A stretch of 64,000 nt of DNA from Octopus bimaculoides (taxonomy: Eukaryota), in the NCBI RefSeq assembly GCF_001194135.2, contig NC_068981.1, forward strand, positions 65,597,070 to 65,661,069, read 5' to 3'. The position numbers and the translations under genes are program-made. Shown piece by piece: positions 38,601-49,828 of the stretch; positions within the stretch are counted from its first letter, which is position 1; each line of letters starts with the position of its first letter. The notes under the pieces were generated by a model. The model searched no databases. It saw only the letters and a program-made list of their open reading frames with translations, and was not told the DNA's origin.

Positions 38601-41600
38601 TTTTAGGAATAATTATATTATGCAAAATAAAAGGTTTCACAGTAAAAATTTTTTTTAATTATGTGGCTTTGTCCGAAGGCAGTTAACATCAATGAAGCCT
38701 TCCAGCATAAAACATTTCTTACATCTGGTTTAATATCTTATTTATAACCCTAACCCTTATTCATTATGGTCATTTTCTACTAAATACAGATTTAGTTCAA
38801 ATCAGAATTGCATAAGTAGTAACAACCAATGTGAATGTTTCTGGTGGCGGGAACATAACAAAGAGCTTTTGAAAATATGGCAAAGCAAATCTATTAGCAG
38901 TGATAGTTGTGGAGACAGTGGTGACAAAGAAAGAAAACAAACAGTTACTCACTTCAGTACCTAGAATAGTTCCATATGATCCTGCAGGATTTTGCTTATG
39001 AAAGTTCAACATTTCTAGCAGAGGGAAATCTCCACAAACGTCAGCATTCATTACAAAGAAAGCTTTTGGATTATCAATTAGAATTTGGTCTCGAAAAAGA
39101 AACAAGCCACCAGCAGTTCCTAGGGCAGTATATTCTAGGAGATACCTAAAGGTGAGAAAAAAATGAAAGAAAAATATATAATGTATGAGTGAGATATGGT
39201 CCCCAATCCATTTAGAAGTGTAGTAACTCCAAATAAAAACTTAAGAGCTTTTTAAAAAAAATATCTGACCATCATTATGAATATGGTACTAGGAACATAA
39301 TACAAAAGAATTCTTATATAAGATAATAACAGAACATTTTTAGGCAGGCCGATACCAATGTATTTAAGAGAAAGTAAAGAGGAAAGAGAAGAAGATCAAG
39401 GATAGACAGAACTTCAGAAAGAAAATTAAATATACCGAATTTGTACTTTAAATTCTTGTTGGCATTCTGCAATAAACTTTTTGAGAGGCTCTAAATGTCG
39501 GTAGAACCCAATTAGAAGAATCTCTTGCAAGTTTGGCACCTAAAGGTAAAGAGAAAAAAAAGAAAGATAATGCAAAATATGAAAAATAAAATGTTAACCA
39601 AAGTATTTAATTAAATATTGTAAATGTTATACCAAATATAACTGTCAAGTGTTGTAAAGTTAAACCAGAAAAAAGAAAAAAACTTCACATTCTGAACTTC
39701 TTGATTAAATATAATGGTTTCAACGTTTTAGGACAAGGCCAGCAAATTTAGCAGGAGGCGGGGTCAGTTGATTAAATTAAATCTAATGTTCAACCAGTAC
39801 ATATTTTATCGACACAGAATGGATGAAAGACAAAGTCAAACTTGATAGAATTTAAATTCAGAACATAAAGAGCTGAAAGAAACTGTTAAGCACTTTTGTC
39901 CAACACACTAAAAATTTTGTCAGCACATCTTATTTCGTATTTGTTTATTTTTATATATACTTCCTAATCTCTATTATTACAACCATTTTTAACATGTGTT
40001 AGATAGCTCTGTCACTCATCTTTTCTTCTGTTTATGGTTTCATGCTGCAGATGTAACTAATGATGACAATGGCTTTCTCCTACACACTGTACCTGACTTC
40101 TCATGTACTAGGATTGCTGTAGGACCCAGCCAACCCTCTTGTCTTTTTTTGATATCCTCAGTTTTTTTCACTGTACCATGCTCCCTTGAGAAATAGTACT
40201 GGACCTACACATATTCAATATCCTCCTATCACTATCCTTATCACTATCTCTCTCATCCAACACGAAGCCAATGTATAAAGATTTACTTGTATTCCATAAA
40301 CTCTGCCATCACTTTTTCTTTACTGCCAGTTTTCACTCCCTCTTACCCTAGTCTGCTTATTATTGACATCCATCACTCACTCTTATTTACTGTTGTCTCC
40401 ATCTCTGTTGCTTTACATAACTCTCCCCCCTTTTACAACCCTCTCACCATGATCACTCTTTTTTCACTATCATGCTCTTGCTCCCTTCACCTACTTTGAT
40501 CATTCTTTAATCATTGCTCTCTTCAATACATTGTCTATGTCATGCTGTCCGAAGCAGATGAACATCATAAGGCTCTGTCACACCTGTACACTGACACTGC
40601 ACATCAGGCAGAGCACACTAACTTCATTCCTCACTAACCTTCCCATGCCTTTTGCATTCAGGGTCCAACACAACACTGTTGAGCTATTGGACTAAGATCT
40701 TTAATCTTTAGACCAATCACAAAAAGAAAATTACTTCATATATTATTATTGTTGTTGTCTGATCTTAGGTCAACCATGATTGAAGGCAGTCAATCGTTTT
40801 TGAACATCATGAATTAACTACATTATCCAATATACTGACAAGGCTGTGTGGTTACAAACTTTGCTTTCCAACCACATTTTCAAGTCTAGTCCTACTGTGA
40901 CAGCTTGGGCTAGTGTCTTCCACTATAACCCCAGGTTAACCAAAGTTTTGTGAGTAGATTTGATAGACGGAAACTGAAAGAAGTTTATGCAGGCGTGTGT
41001 CTATCATTTCCAATATTCTGCAAAAACGTCTGGTCATTGAAAAATATTACCTTGCTTGGCTACAGAAAGGTCAAGCTGTAGAAAATCAGCTTCAATGATG
41101 ATGATGATGATGTTTGTTGTAAAGTAAACTGCTTCAGCCCTGCTACCCAACTAAACCTTTGGAGAGAGACAATGAAGATGATTATGGACAGCCTAGGGCA
41201 AAATTAAAATTTTATAGTCTGAATTGAAATTACTGTTATTTTGAAGAAAATTAAGTAATTTAGGTTTCCTGCTTTGTATGAAAACTGTTTTTATATCATC
41301 AACTGTTCTGCGCAAATTAGAGCAGAGACATTCCAACAAGTCAGCTTGCAGACAAATCACTTAAACTGTGACATTTGTTGCTGCTGTTTATTCCCATGTC
41401 AGTCCTAACTGAGCAGATTTATGATCAAAAGTGTTCCAGTCATGACCATCCTGTCTTATATGGAGTCATGGCATACATGGGAATGCATTTTCCAATCTTT
41501 CTATACTGTTTTAGATCATAGTGTGATATATATATATGAAGGAAGTTTATCTCTAATAGATCAAGAGATCATATTTATATGAGTGTATGCATAATGCAAG

Positions 41601-41603
41601 AAA

Positions 41604-41635
<32 letters not shown>

Positions 41636-41667
41636 CATTTTACATCCACTTTCTGTGATGCAATGTG

Positions 41668-41698
<31 letters not shown>

Positions 41699-44600
41699 CG
41701 TCATCGTCGTTTAAATGTCTGCCTTCCATGCTGGCATCGGTTGGACAGTCTGACAGGAGTTGGCAAGGCAGAAGTCTGTACCAAACTTCTGTGTCTGTTT
41801 TGGCAGGGTTTTATGGCTGGATGCCCTTCCAAACACCAACCACTCTACAGAGTGGACCGAGTGCTTTTTATGTAGCAAAAGCACAGGCAAGGCCAGTCTT
41901 GGCAAGGTTTTTACAGCTGGATGCCCTTTCAGACATCAATCACTTTACAGTGTGGACTGGATGCTTTTTAAGTGGCACCTGCACTAACAGGGTCACCAAG
42001 TAACTTACAAAACAAAAATCTTTTGAGATTGGAGGAAATGATCTTGTGTCAGATGTACTCTTAACAGGGTCAGACATGCATGGCTGCGATCTCACTTTAG
42101 TTGCTGGGTCTTCTCAATCACAGCATATCTCCAAAGGTCTCGGTCTTCTGTCATTGCCTCTGTGAGGCCCAATGTTCGAAGGTCATACTTCACAACCTCA
42201 TCCCATGTCTTCCTGGGTCTACCTCTTCCACAGGTTCCTTCCAGAGTTAGGGAGTGGCACTTCCTCACACAGCTGTCTTCATCCATACATAACACATGAC
42301 CATACCAACACAGTCATCTCTCTTGCACACCACATTTGATGCTTCTTATGCCCAACTTTTCTCTCAGGGTGCTTACACTCTGTCGTGTATGCACACTGAC
42401 ATTACACATCCAGCAGATCATACTAGCTTCATTTCTTTCTAGCTTGTGCATGTCCTTAGCAGTCATGGCCCATGTTTCACTGCTGTGTAGCATGGCAGTT
42501 AGCACATGTGCATCATACAGTCTCCCTTTCATCCTGAGTGAGAGGCCCTTAGTTTCCAGCAGAGGTAGGAGCTCCCTGAACTTTGCCCAGGCTATTCTTA
42601 TTCTAGCTGCTATACTCTCAGAGTAACCACCCCCACTACAGACTTGGTCATCTAGGTAGTGGAAGCTATTAACTACTTCTAGTTTCTCCCCCTGGCATGT
42701 GATGGAATCTGTTTTCTGTACATCTTCAGTGATATATATATATATCCAGCAGTAGAACCATACCAAAGCTGACAACAGAGTTTGGTGCAGTCTTCTGACT
42801 TGGCAGTTCCTGTCAAACTGTTTCATTTATGCTAGCATGGAAAACGGATGTTGAATGAAGAGGATATATGTACATGTAGAGTATATATCTATATACATCG
42901 TGTGTCTGTGTATATAAAGTATATATAAGATAATTCACTAACTTTGGCACAGGCAGCAATATGGTGATATATCATTGGAAATCCTGCTACAGGAAACAGA
43001 GGTTTTGGAAGATCCAGGGATAATGGCCGGAACCGAGTACCTGATAAAAACAATAAGAATAATCTTTTCAAGAACTATTTAAATTAAAATGTATCACAGA
43101 GGTTATTAAATATAATAAGGATTTCTCATATAGGTGAAATCTCTTAAATTTATTAGGAAGAGAGTTGACTGAATCACACCAGTGAATTCATTGACTTTCA
43201 CTAGTTAAAAAGCTAATTCAAGCAAGATTTGAATTATGAACAGAAAAAGTTGGCAGATGACTTCAGTTCTGAATGTTAATTTATGAGACCCATTTTCTTA
43301 TAAGCTGTAACAACTGCAAAGGTGACAGCTCATTGGACTTGTGGAATATTTACTTATTTTTTTACTTACTGTTCTGGAGATAATGGCAGTGTCCATGGCC
43401 TTTGCAAGCCCTCCAAGACCAGAGTACAGTTATCAGTATACTATAGTTTAAAGATCTATTCATAGCTGAGTTTGGTTGTGATCTACCCGAGCCTGATATT
43501 GAAAAAGTTCTTTAAAAGTTTATTTTTTTATTGCCCACAGGGGGCTAAACATAGAGGGGGCAAACAAAGGGATTAAGTCAATTACATCAACTCCAGTGTA
43601 TAACTGGTAGTTATTTAATCGACCTTGAAAGGATGAAAGGCAAAGTTGACCTCAGTGGAATTTCAACTCAGAACATAACAGCAGACGAAATACCACTAAG
43701 CATTTCTCCTGGTATGCTAACATTTCTGCCAACTCATTGCCTTTAAGTTCTTTATAGTGTCTCCCAACTCCCTTTTTATCTCTCTGCAATACAATGTTGT
43801 CATACAGATAAGAAAGATATTAAGCAGTACAGAAGCCAGCATGCCTAATTCAACAACTCAAAAGAAATCTCATAAGCTTGGCTCAAGTTAAGAGTTTCAA
43901 ACCAAAGTTTTATAAATCCATGGGTTGATACATCATATCAAAAAAAGGAGTGCATTGTTTTTGCTGCAAACTTTTTCCAAACAAATCGAAAACAGGACTT
44001 GAGAAGACATACATGAACACAAGCTTTCTTAAGTGGGAGCATGCTTCTGAGCAAAAAGGGGCTTTGGCTAGAGGTCCCAATTCTATATATCAGCTGCTTC
44101 TGTGTGAAGAGGCTGCTAAAAACTCAGGGAAAGGAATATATCAAAGTCACAAAGCTTATCTGAAGCATATTTGTGACCATAAACACTAGCTGCTTCTGAA
44201 TGAAGAGGCTGCTAAAAACTCAGGGAAAGGAATATATCAAGGTCACAAAACTTATCTGAAGCAAATTTGTGACCATAAACACTACCTTTTTATTTTGGCC
44301 TTAGTTTTATAATTAGCAACACTAGAGAAGATTTCTTGAAGAAGACATGAAGATGGTGCAAAAGGGCAAGGCAAGGAGTTTTTTGGGGGTTTTTTTGGTT
44401 TTTTTTTGTCATTTAGCATCTGCTAATGGACCTAATTTTCTTAATCCCTGATGACACAACTTTATTATCAGAGAACAGTAAAATGGAGAGGCTCTGAAAT
44501 GCAAATTATTTAAATCTCAATATTCAGAACAACCATCTTGCTAGCTTGGAATCAATAATCAAAGAAGAGATAGAACTCAATAAGTGGGTAAATCAGGCTC

Positions 44601-47059
44601 ATTTGCATTAATTAAGGATGAAAAAAAAATTTATAAAACTAAACAGCTCTCAATTGTTCTGTGCTAAACCTTTAACAATGTTTCTATGAAGAAATTATTG
44701 GATATTGATCAGTTTCTAAACTTGATACTAAATTACTTCTGTAGTGTATACTATCAGTGCCGACTTCTACTGGTGTTGTTGGCAGTGTGAAGCCCCAAAT
44801 GAAGTAGTAATAATAGTAGTTTAATTGAAAAACTTAGTTCATTCATGACGTAATTTAAGAAATTTATTTCTCCTTGTAAACACTTGAATTAAGGTGGGAT
44901 ACTTTGCTGTCTTGGACATTGGTCTATACAATACTTACATATGGAACGTAACCTATCCTGTTAGGCGAGGTTTCAAAACGAAAGATTGCCTCCTGCTATT
45001 TTAAGTGATTAATTATTTTAGGGACAATAAATAAATATATACAGCACAATTAAATATAACAGTGCAAGCGGGGGTGGGAGGGAAAGATTTTTAAGTACTT
45101 ATTTTGAAACTCGATGTCGTACTGAGGAGTGAAAATGACGATGGATTGAAAACGCCTTAAGATATACTTGTCCGGATAAGATACGTGCAATTGTACATTT
45201 TTTTTTCTTTCTTATTATTTCTCTTTACTTTCACCGTTTCTTCACTTCGTTATATATTTTCACACAGATATATATATATATCGCCTGGCGGTGCATATCT
45301 ATACGTGGGTGTGTAAGAAGAAAGCAAAACATAAGTTTACATTCTTTAAAAAGATAATTTACTACGTTAACACCTGGATAGACAGACACGTCACAATTGG
45401 TGAGGAGTGGCGAAGTATATGTGCAAAAACAAAATAATTTTGAAGGAAGGGGGAAGTACCAATTACATCAACCACAGTGCTCGACTGGTACTTATTTTAT
45501 CGACCCCGAAAGGATGAAAAGTAGTCGACTTCGGCAGTATTTGAACTGAAAACGTAGGAAGATATTCAAAAGAAATTTTAAAACTTTACTGCAAGTTTTG
45601 ACTTGCTATTTACGCTCCCAAGTCTCACACCCCACTAAAACACTACGGTGCCCCACCTCGAAAAAGCGGCCCGATCGGGTGAAGCGGCGAAAATAATTTC
45701 TGCACACAACTCATTAAAACACAATGAGATATGCAAAGTTACGAATATCTTCAATAAATTATAGAGCTAAAGTAGAAATCATAATAGTAGAACAAATTTT
45801 GTTATATAAATACTTCGTTGCTTTGTAAATAACTGGAAAGGTGATCCAGTGTTGACATTTCACATGAAACATGCTATTTCGATAAAAAAATATGGCAATA
45901 TATGTACAGCATAATTACAGTTATGCCTCATCGAAGAAAATGTGGGATGAACAGAAATAGTGTAGAAGAGTTCTGGGACATTTCGGATATATGTTTGTGC
46001 CTTCTTTAATATAAGTTTGAGAAGATACATAACATTGGTTCTACAAATGGTGATTTAGCACTGTCGCTTTGCTGAAGACTGGATGTTTGAATTGGCTTGA
46101 ACAACAGTGCCTGACAATAACAACAATTAATTCTCTCTTGAAATTTTCTTCCTTCAACTAAAGTTAAAACACGACTAGTATTGCAAAATAATAATAATTT
46201 TTAATATAAATACAAGGTTTGAAATTCTGAAAGGATTAAAGGCAAAGTGGACATCGACAGAATTTGAACTCAGCGTAAAGCCAGAAGAAATGCTGCTATG
46301 CTTTTTGTCCGGTGTGTCAGCGAAACTGAAGCTAACTTCATTTATTTACAAATTAGCTGAATATGATTTATACTTTGAATATGATTATAATACTTTGATG
46401 GAAGAGCGTTGGAATAATAATCAAGAAAACGTCTATTTTTTTAAAGACCATATAAATCATTTGTAAAGGATGGATACGGGTGGAACGCTTTTAATCACAG
46501 GTCTGCTCAATAGACCGTGACTTGAGACTGAATAATAACACTAAAGTATAAACTCGAAGAAGCCAAATTTTAAATGAAATACAAAAGAATAAACAACCCA
46601 GTCTTTTAGACAAGAAATAAAAGAACATTTTTTTAACAAGTGGGTGTGACTTCATAAAAATTATATCAGGAAAGGAAGGTTATGTATTTAGGGCGTATAA
46701 CTACAATTCTTCAACAATATTTTTTATTTATTCTACATTTTCTCCTATCATCAATTAAATAAATTAAAAACGATATACAGTCAATTACACAATGTATTCA
46801 TTTTAATTTTTAAAAATTACTTTTCAGCTTAATCTTACGTCTCTTCGACGAACGAGTCACCAGATAGCTATGAACATTTACAAATATCATGACATGATAA
46901 CTGCTAATAAATAAAGCTTTTGCACCTAGAAAATCAAGTATTAGAACCGTCCCTGGGGCTATCTTTCGTTTTAATGATAGCCGTCCCTGGTGAGTGATAA
47001 ATTACTTTAGATACCTTACCTTTCATCGGCCCTCCTATAAGAATAACAGCTTTTATCAT
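17428..47059 (-). CDS. GMPPA: Mannose-1-phosphate guanylyltransferase alpha (GDP-mannose pyrophosphorylase A), complete gene. Exons (minus): 47059-47020, 43040-42943, 39539-39436, 39145-38953, 36926-36867, 35124-34994, 26029-25901, 23145-23001, 22016-21924, 20612-20441, 17528-17428
   Basis: Eleven exons assembled by hand. All have GT-AG boundaries and compatible phases, total 1266 nt = 421 aa + TAA. The N-terminus [33 protein letters not shown] carries the P-x-K insertion typical of the alpha subunit (beta is GGYGTRLRPLT). Also present: [22 protein letters not shown], hexapeptide repeats and the C-terminus NSIVLP...YKNQIIL*. Confidence 0.96.
17907..18124. mobile_element. piggyBac-like MITE (TTAA-flanked)
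   Basis: TTAA-CCTTTTAGCATT...GAATACTAAAGAG-TTAA; similar copy at 20907-21134. Confidence 0.7.
18355..18670 (-). mobile_element. tRNA-derived SINE sharing the family-C core, different tail
   Basis: tRNA-like head at about 18670, core CTTGAGCAAGACACTTTATTTCACGTTGCTCCAG; the same tail recurs at 63935-64000. Confidence 0.7.
19321..19528 (-). mobile_element. SINE family B (core ..GACTTTGCCTTTCATCCTTTC.GGGTCGATAAA.TAAGTACCAG..)
   Basis: Many copies at about 4941-5132, 31500-31732, 32040-32265, 37165-37360, 39720-39925, 43520-43742, 45440-45556, 58525-58745 and 61170-61365. Confidence 0.75.
20441..20612 (-). CDS. GMPPA: GMPPA exon 10 ([57 protein letters not shown], 172 nt)
   Basis: Acceptor CTCAACAG, donor ATAG|GTAAAT; highly conserved GMPPA C-terminal segment. 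Confidence 0.96.
20907..21134. mobile_element. piggyBac-like MITE (TTAA-flanked), second copy
   Basis: TTAA-ACTTTTAGCATT...GAATGCTAAAGGG-TTAA; internal sequence shared with 17907-18124. Confidence 0.7.
21924..22016 (-). CDS. GMPPA: GMPPA exon 9 ([31 protein letters not shown], 93 nt)
   Basis: Acceptor CTTCACTAG, donor CAG|GTAAGT; left-handed beta-helix hexapeptide repeats. Confidence 0.95.
23001..23145 (-). CDS. GMPPA: GMPPA exon 8 ([48 protein letters not shown], 145 nt)
   Basis: Acceptor TTTTTTTTTCTAG, donor GTT|GTAAGT; not in the ORF track. Confidence 0.95.
23695..24266 (+). mobile_element. RTE LINE 3' tail copy (GMPPA intron 7)
   Basis: Sub-repeats plus terminal CCCATGCCAGCATGGAAAGCAGACGTTAAACGATAATGATGAT. 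Confidence 0.8.
24770..24932 (-). mobile_element. RTE LINE 3' tail copy, inverted relative to 23695-24266
   Basis: Reverse complement matches about 24105-24262 with roughly ten mismatches by eye. Confidence 0.8.
25901..26029 (-). CDS. GMPPA: GMPPA exon 7 ([43 protein letters not shown], 129 nt)
   Basis: IRLEQD and WSQIKSAG motifs; donor GG|GTATGT. The acceptor TTCTAG at 26031-26030 is the best phase-2 candidate but is the least certain boundary. Confidence 0.9.
28175..28515 (-). mobile_element. RTE LINE 3' tail copy (GMPPA intron 6)
   Basis: Same family tail on the minus strand. Confidence 0.8.
33420..33720 (+). mobile_element. Highly degenerate AP-endonuclease region of a CR1/Jockey-type LINE
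   Basis: Remnant similarity to ..QLV..PT.FPD.....LD.F.TS....Y; many stops. Confidence 0.3.
34994..35124 (-). CDS. GMPPA: GMPPA exon 6 ([43 protein letters not shown], 131 nt)
   Basis: Acceptor ACATTGTAG, donor AA|GTATGT; EKP motif; not in the ORF track. Confidence 0.95.
36867..36926 (-). CDS. GMPPA: GMPPA exon 5 ([20 protein letters not shown], 60 nt)
   Basis: Acceptor TATTTTCAG, donor GAG|GTTGGT; resembles ANRTQSLNYGCIVE...THE of vertebrate GMPPA. Confidence 0.92.
37370..37690 (-). mobile_element. CR1-like LINE 3' end fragment
   Basis: [26 protein letters not shown]...SLGFKG / [21 protein letters not shown]...RAAVSNSL, typical of the end of a CR1-group ORF2; frameshifted and internally deleted. 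Confidence 0.65.
38290..38533 (-). mobile_element. RTE LINE 3' tail copy (GMPPA intron 4)
   Basis: Same family tail; near-identical in reverse complement to 50938-51170. Confidence 0.8.
38953..39145 (-). CDS. GMPPA: GMPPA exon 4 ([21 protein letters not shown]...[14 protein letters not shown]...YGTILGTE, 193 nt)
   Basis: Acceptor CCTTTAG, donor GAA|GTGAGT; LGTAGG and NADV motifs. Confidence 0.96.
39436..39539 (-). CDS. GMPPA: GMPPA exon 3 ([35 protein letters not shown], 104 nt)
   Basis: Acceptor CCTTTAG, donor CG|GTATAT; not in the ORF track; phase 0 to 2. Confidence 0.94.
41697..42745 (-). mobile_element. 5'-truncated RTE-clade LINE with RT C-terminal pseudo-ORF, in GMPPA intron 2
   Basis: [10 protein letters not shown]...[16 protein letters not shown]...[18 protein letters not shown]...[17 protein letters not shown] (ORFs 42314..42826 and 42092..42295); tail ends in (GAT/GAC)n next to (TG)n. 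Confidence 0.9.
42943..43040 (-). CDS. GMPPA: GMPPA exon 2 ([33 protein letters not shown], 98 nt)
   Basis: Acceptor TTTTTATCAG, donor AAA|GTTAGT; NTP-transferase signature. Confidence 0.96.
43950..44075 (+). mobile_element. Possible hAT-transposase TTF-type zinc-finger remnant
   Basis: [18 protein letters not shown]...[11 protein letters not shown] resembles CFCCKLF...F..W.HA motifs; short and degenerate. Confidence 0.35.
44092..44284 (+). repeat. Two-copy 96-bp tandem duplication
   Basis: AGCTGCTTCTG..TGAAGAGGCTGCTAAAAACTCAGGG...GACCATAAACACT at 44092 and 44188, few mismatches. Confidence 0.9.
47020..47059 (-). CDS. GMPPA: GMPPA coding exon 1 ([14 protein letters not shown], 40 nt)
   Basis: ATG at 47059-47057; donor AAAG|GTAAGG; phase 1. 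Confidence 0.95.
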
Positions 47060-48889
47060 GTTGGTCAAGACGTTACGAAAGCTCTTTATATTATAAAAAT
47101 AAGATATTATACAACATACAAGGCGGAACCAGTGCTGAACTTTATGTAGACTGTCTATTAAACTGACAACAAGTGATACTACGTGGTTGCGATCTAACTT
47201 CTCTACAAGTTTATCCACGTTGTCAACAGAGGAATGTGCCGTAAATTGTTTCCAATGTCGTTAGACTATGCTCCTGTTGCTAAGAACATTAATTTAACAA
47301 AGAATCTCATTGTTCTTTCTTTCTGTCTTTTTCTTTTCGTTCTCTCTTATCTTTTTATTTCTTATTTTTGTGTTTATTTTGCTTATTTCTCTTTTTCTTT
47401 ATTTTCTTCTGCTTTTACTTCCGTAATTATTTCAACTCTGTTTTCAATTCTGTTTTCTTTATCATTTTCTTTCTTTTTTATTATTTTTTTCTCTCAATCA
47501 ATATTAATTGTCGGTTATGAGCAGTTTTGACCTTGTTTCTTATTTTAAAAATAGTAAAATAGATTTTTTTTTTTTCGAGTAGGAAATTTTGAAAGAAAGC
47601 AAAGATTGAAGAAAATCTCTAAAGCTATCTAAGGCATATTAATGTTGCCGTGGCTGCGACTGTAGGGTTTGCTGGAAATGATGGATCAAATGATTTTGCG
47701 AGGAGCATAGTGGTGGTGATGCTGATGATGATGATGAAAAGTGGATGATGATGATGAGGAGGAGGAGGAGGAGGTGGAGGAGAAGGAGGGTTCTTAGTTG
47801 ATTTCCTAATATAAAAAGTGGTTGGTTGAAATAAAATAAAATAAAGGTTTAAAATAATATTAAGTATTTTAGAAGACAAAGTAGCTTCACTATTTAATTT
47901 CAATAAATTCACTGACAAGAAAACTATAGAGAACAAATATTCTAGTGTAAATGCAGAGCCCTTTTTTAACAAACTTAGTAGTAGTGACGTTATAATTACC
48001 AAGGAAAATCTGTGCAGGACATTATTAGGAAAGCAGGCATTTCTACAAATAATTCTGATCAGACTGCAAATTCTGACTGCCTACACTGTGGTATCAGAAC
48101 AAACTCATATGACATCAGCTCACTTAGAGGTATGGTGATTTAGGCAGGGCCTTTGACATCCCTTGTTATTTTATTTATTACACTTCCTTCAGAACGTTAA
48201 GAAGAAATATAACATTCCAAAGTAACATACGTAAAAATAAAGCATATACACACAGACACATATGCTCTAAAGATGATGAATGAAAGCAGAAGCAATGCCT
48301 TTTACTCTGGCATACCTAAAAGAAGTGAAAAAGAACAAATACTAGTTCAGAAATTGTTATATACCAACCTATTGCACCAACCCATAAGGCAACTGATCCA
48401 GTGTAACCCCAATTACCCTCAAGTAATGCATACCAGAGTTCATGCATATTGTCTTCAAACTGAGTAATCTTTGTTTCTACAGGGATCCAATCTACAGAAA
48501 CAGTATGTCCAAAATTCTACAGAACAACTTTTCTGACCTAACAGAATTCCAATCAACAGAAGCAGTAAGTCCAAAATTCTAAGGACAGCTTCTCTGAACC
48601 TACTCACTAATGCCTTCATTTCCAACATCTTAAAAGATCATGGAAACAGTTATGAACAATCACCTCCTTCAATATTTCTAAGATACTTTTTCCTCAGTTA
48701 CCACTAGTATGATTTTCAACTAAATCTGTCGCCTCTTAGTATGACATCCTCTCTGCACCTTAAAAAATTTCACCCTTTGATCTTATCTGGTATATATCTG
48801 AAGCATACACTCGAGTGAAATTCCTCTCCTCTCTATTATATATATATATATGTATTGACCATGTGACCATGTGACCATATATATATATA

Positions 48890-49828
48890 TGTATCGACCA
48901 TGTGATGTACTAAGGAGCCATTCTTGTCACCTCATTTCGCACGGAACAGTTAGCCTTTGGCCGCATTTTGGACCCTTGTTGTGTCCACTACTCTGCTTGG
49001 TTGGTATTGGTGCAATTTGTCTCTTACTCTATCACGCCAATACATAGCATATAACCAATTCAAGCCCCTGAATAAGGTCACGTGTGACAGCCTGTTCTCA
49101 ACTAGTTTTGAGCCTACAACTCCTTATAAAAACCCAGCCTCTCCTCGTCTCGATGTCTTTTGGTTCCAGACCTCTTAAGGTCTAGCCACTGACCACACAA
49201 GACACAGCCAGTCCCAGCAACAACACAACAGCAGCCACGTGGAGACTCACCAACTTCATCCAACAGCATTCGGCAACCTCCATCGCTGTTGCCACCATCG
49301 TCCTAATGTCAACATCTCTCTACATACACAACTCAACAAGCAATTCACCCTGGTTATAAAACTGCACTGTTCATGAATTACTTCACCATGGATCAACAGC
49401 GAATATACAACCTGCAAGAACTCCTGTACTCCTGTACCAAGTGACCCAAGCAGCAGCATCACAGCCACAACTTCACTTACGACATGTACCGCAGCCAGCT
49501 CTGCATCATCGCTGCAACTTCTTGATACAGTATTTCAACTATCATGTACAATTGACTATGAACTGGTATTTATCATTCTTGTGTCTATGATCTTACTCCT
49601 CACTGCAATGGCTATAGACTCTTTCACTGTCTCTTCTTCATCGCCACCCTTATATGTTCTTAACACGCATACATCTATGCCTACATACATATGCATACAT
49701 CTTATTCTTATCACGGCCTGTCTATTATTCTGTATATATGACACACACACAATCACACATGTTAACATATCAATAAATCTTCTCTTAAACATTCTACCCA
49801 GTTGTGTCTCTTATTTCCCTCTGGCACA
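48890..49828 (+). mobile_element. Probable solo LTR
   Basis: TG...CA ends, TATA on both flanks (possible 4-bp TSD), TATAAAAA at 49125-49132, AATAAA at 49772-49777, no ORF. It interrupts a repeat that is intact at 53378-53618. The 5' end could instead be 48901. Confidence 0.55.

Noticed and set aside
45115-45160. CTGAGGA...GAAAACG hammerhead-like spacing
   Set aside because: The intervening sequence does not form stem II and the flanks do not pair.
47234-48002. Hydrophobic ORF 47234..47530 and Pro/His-rich ORF 47625..48002
   Set aside because: Translations of a T-rich low-complexity tract and GAT/GAG microsatellites.
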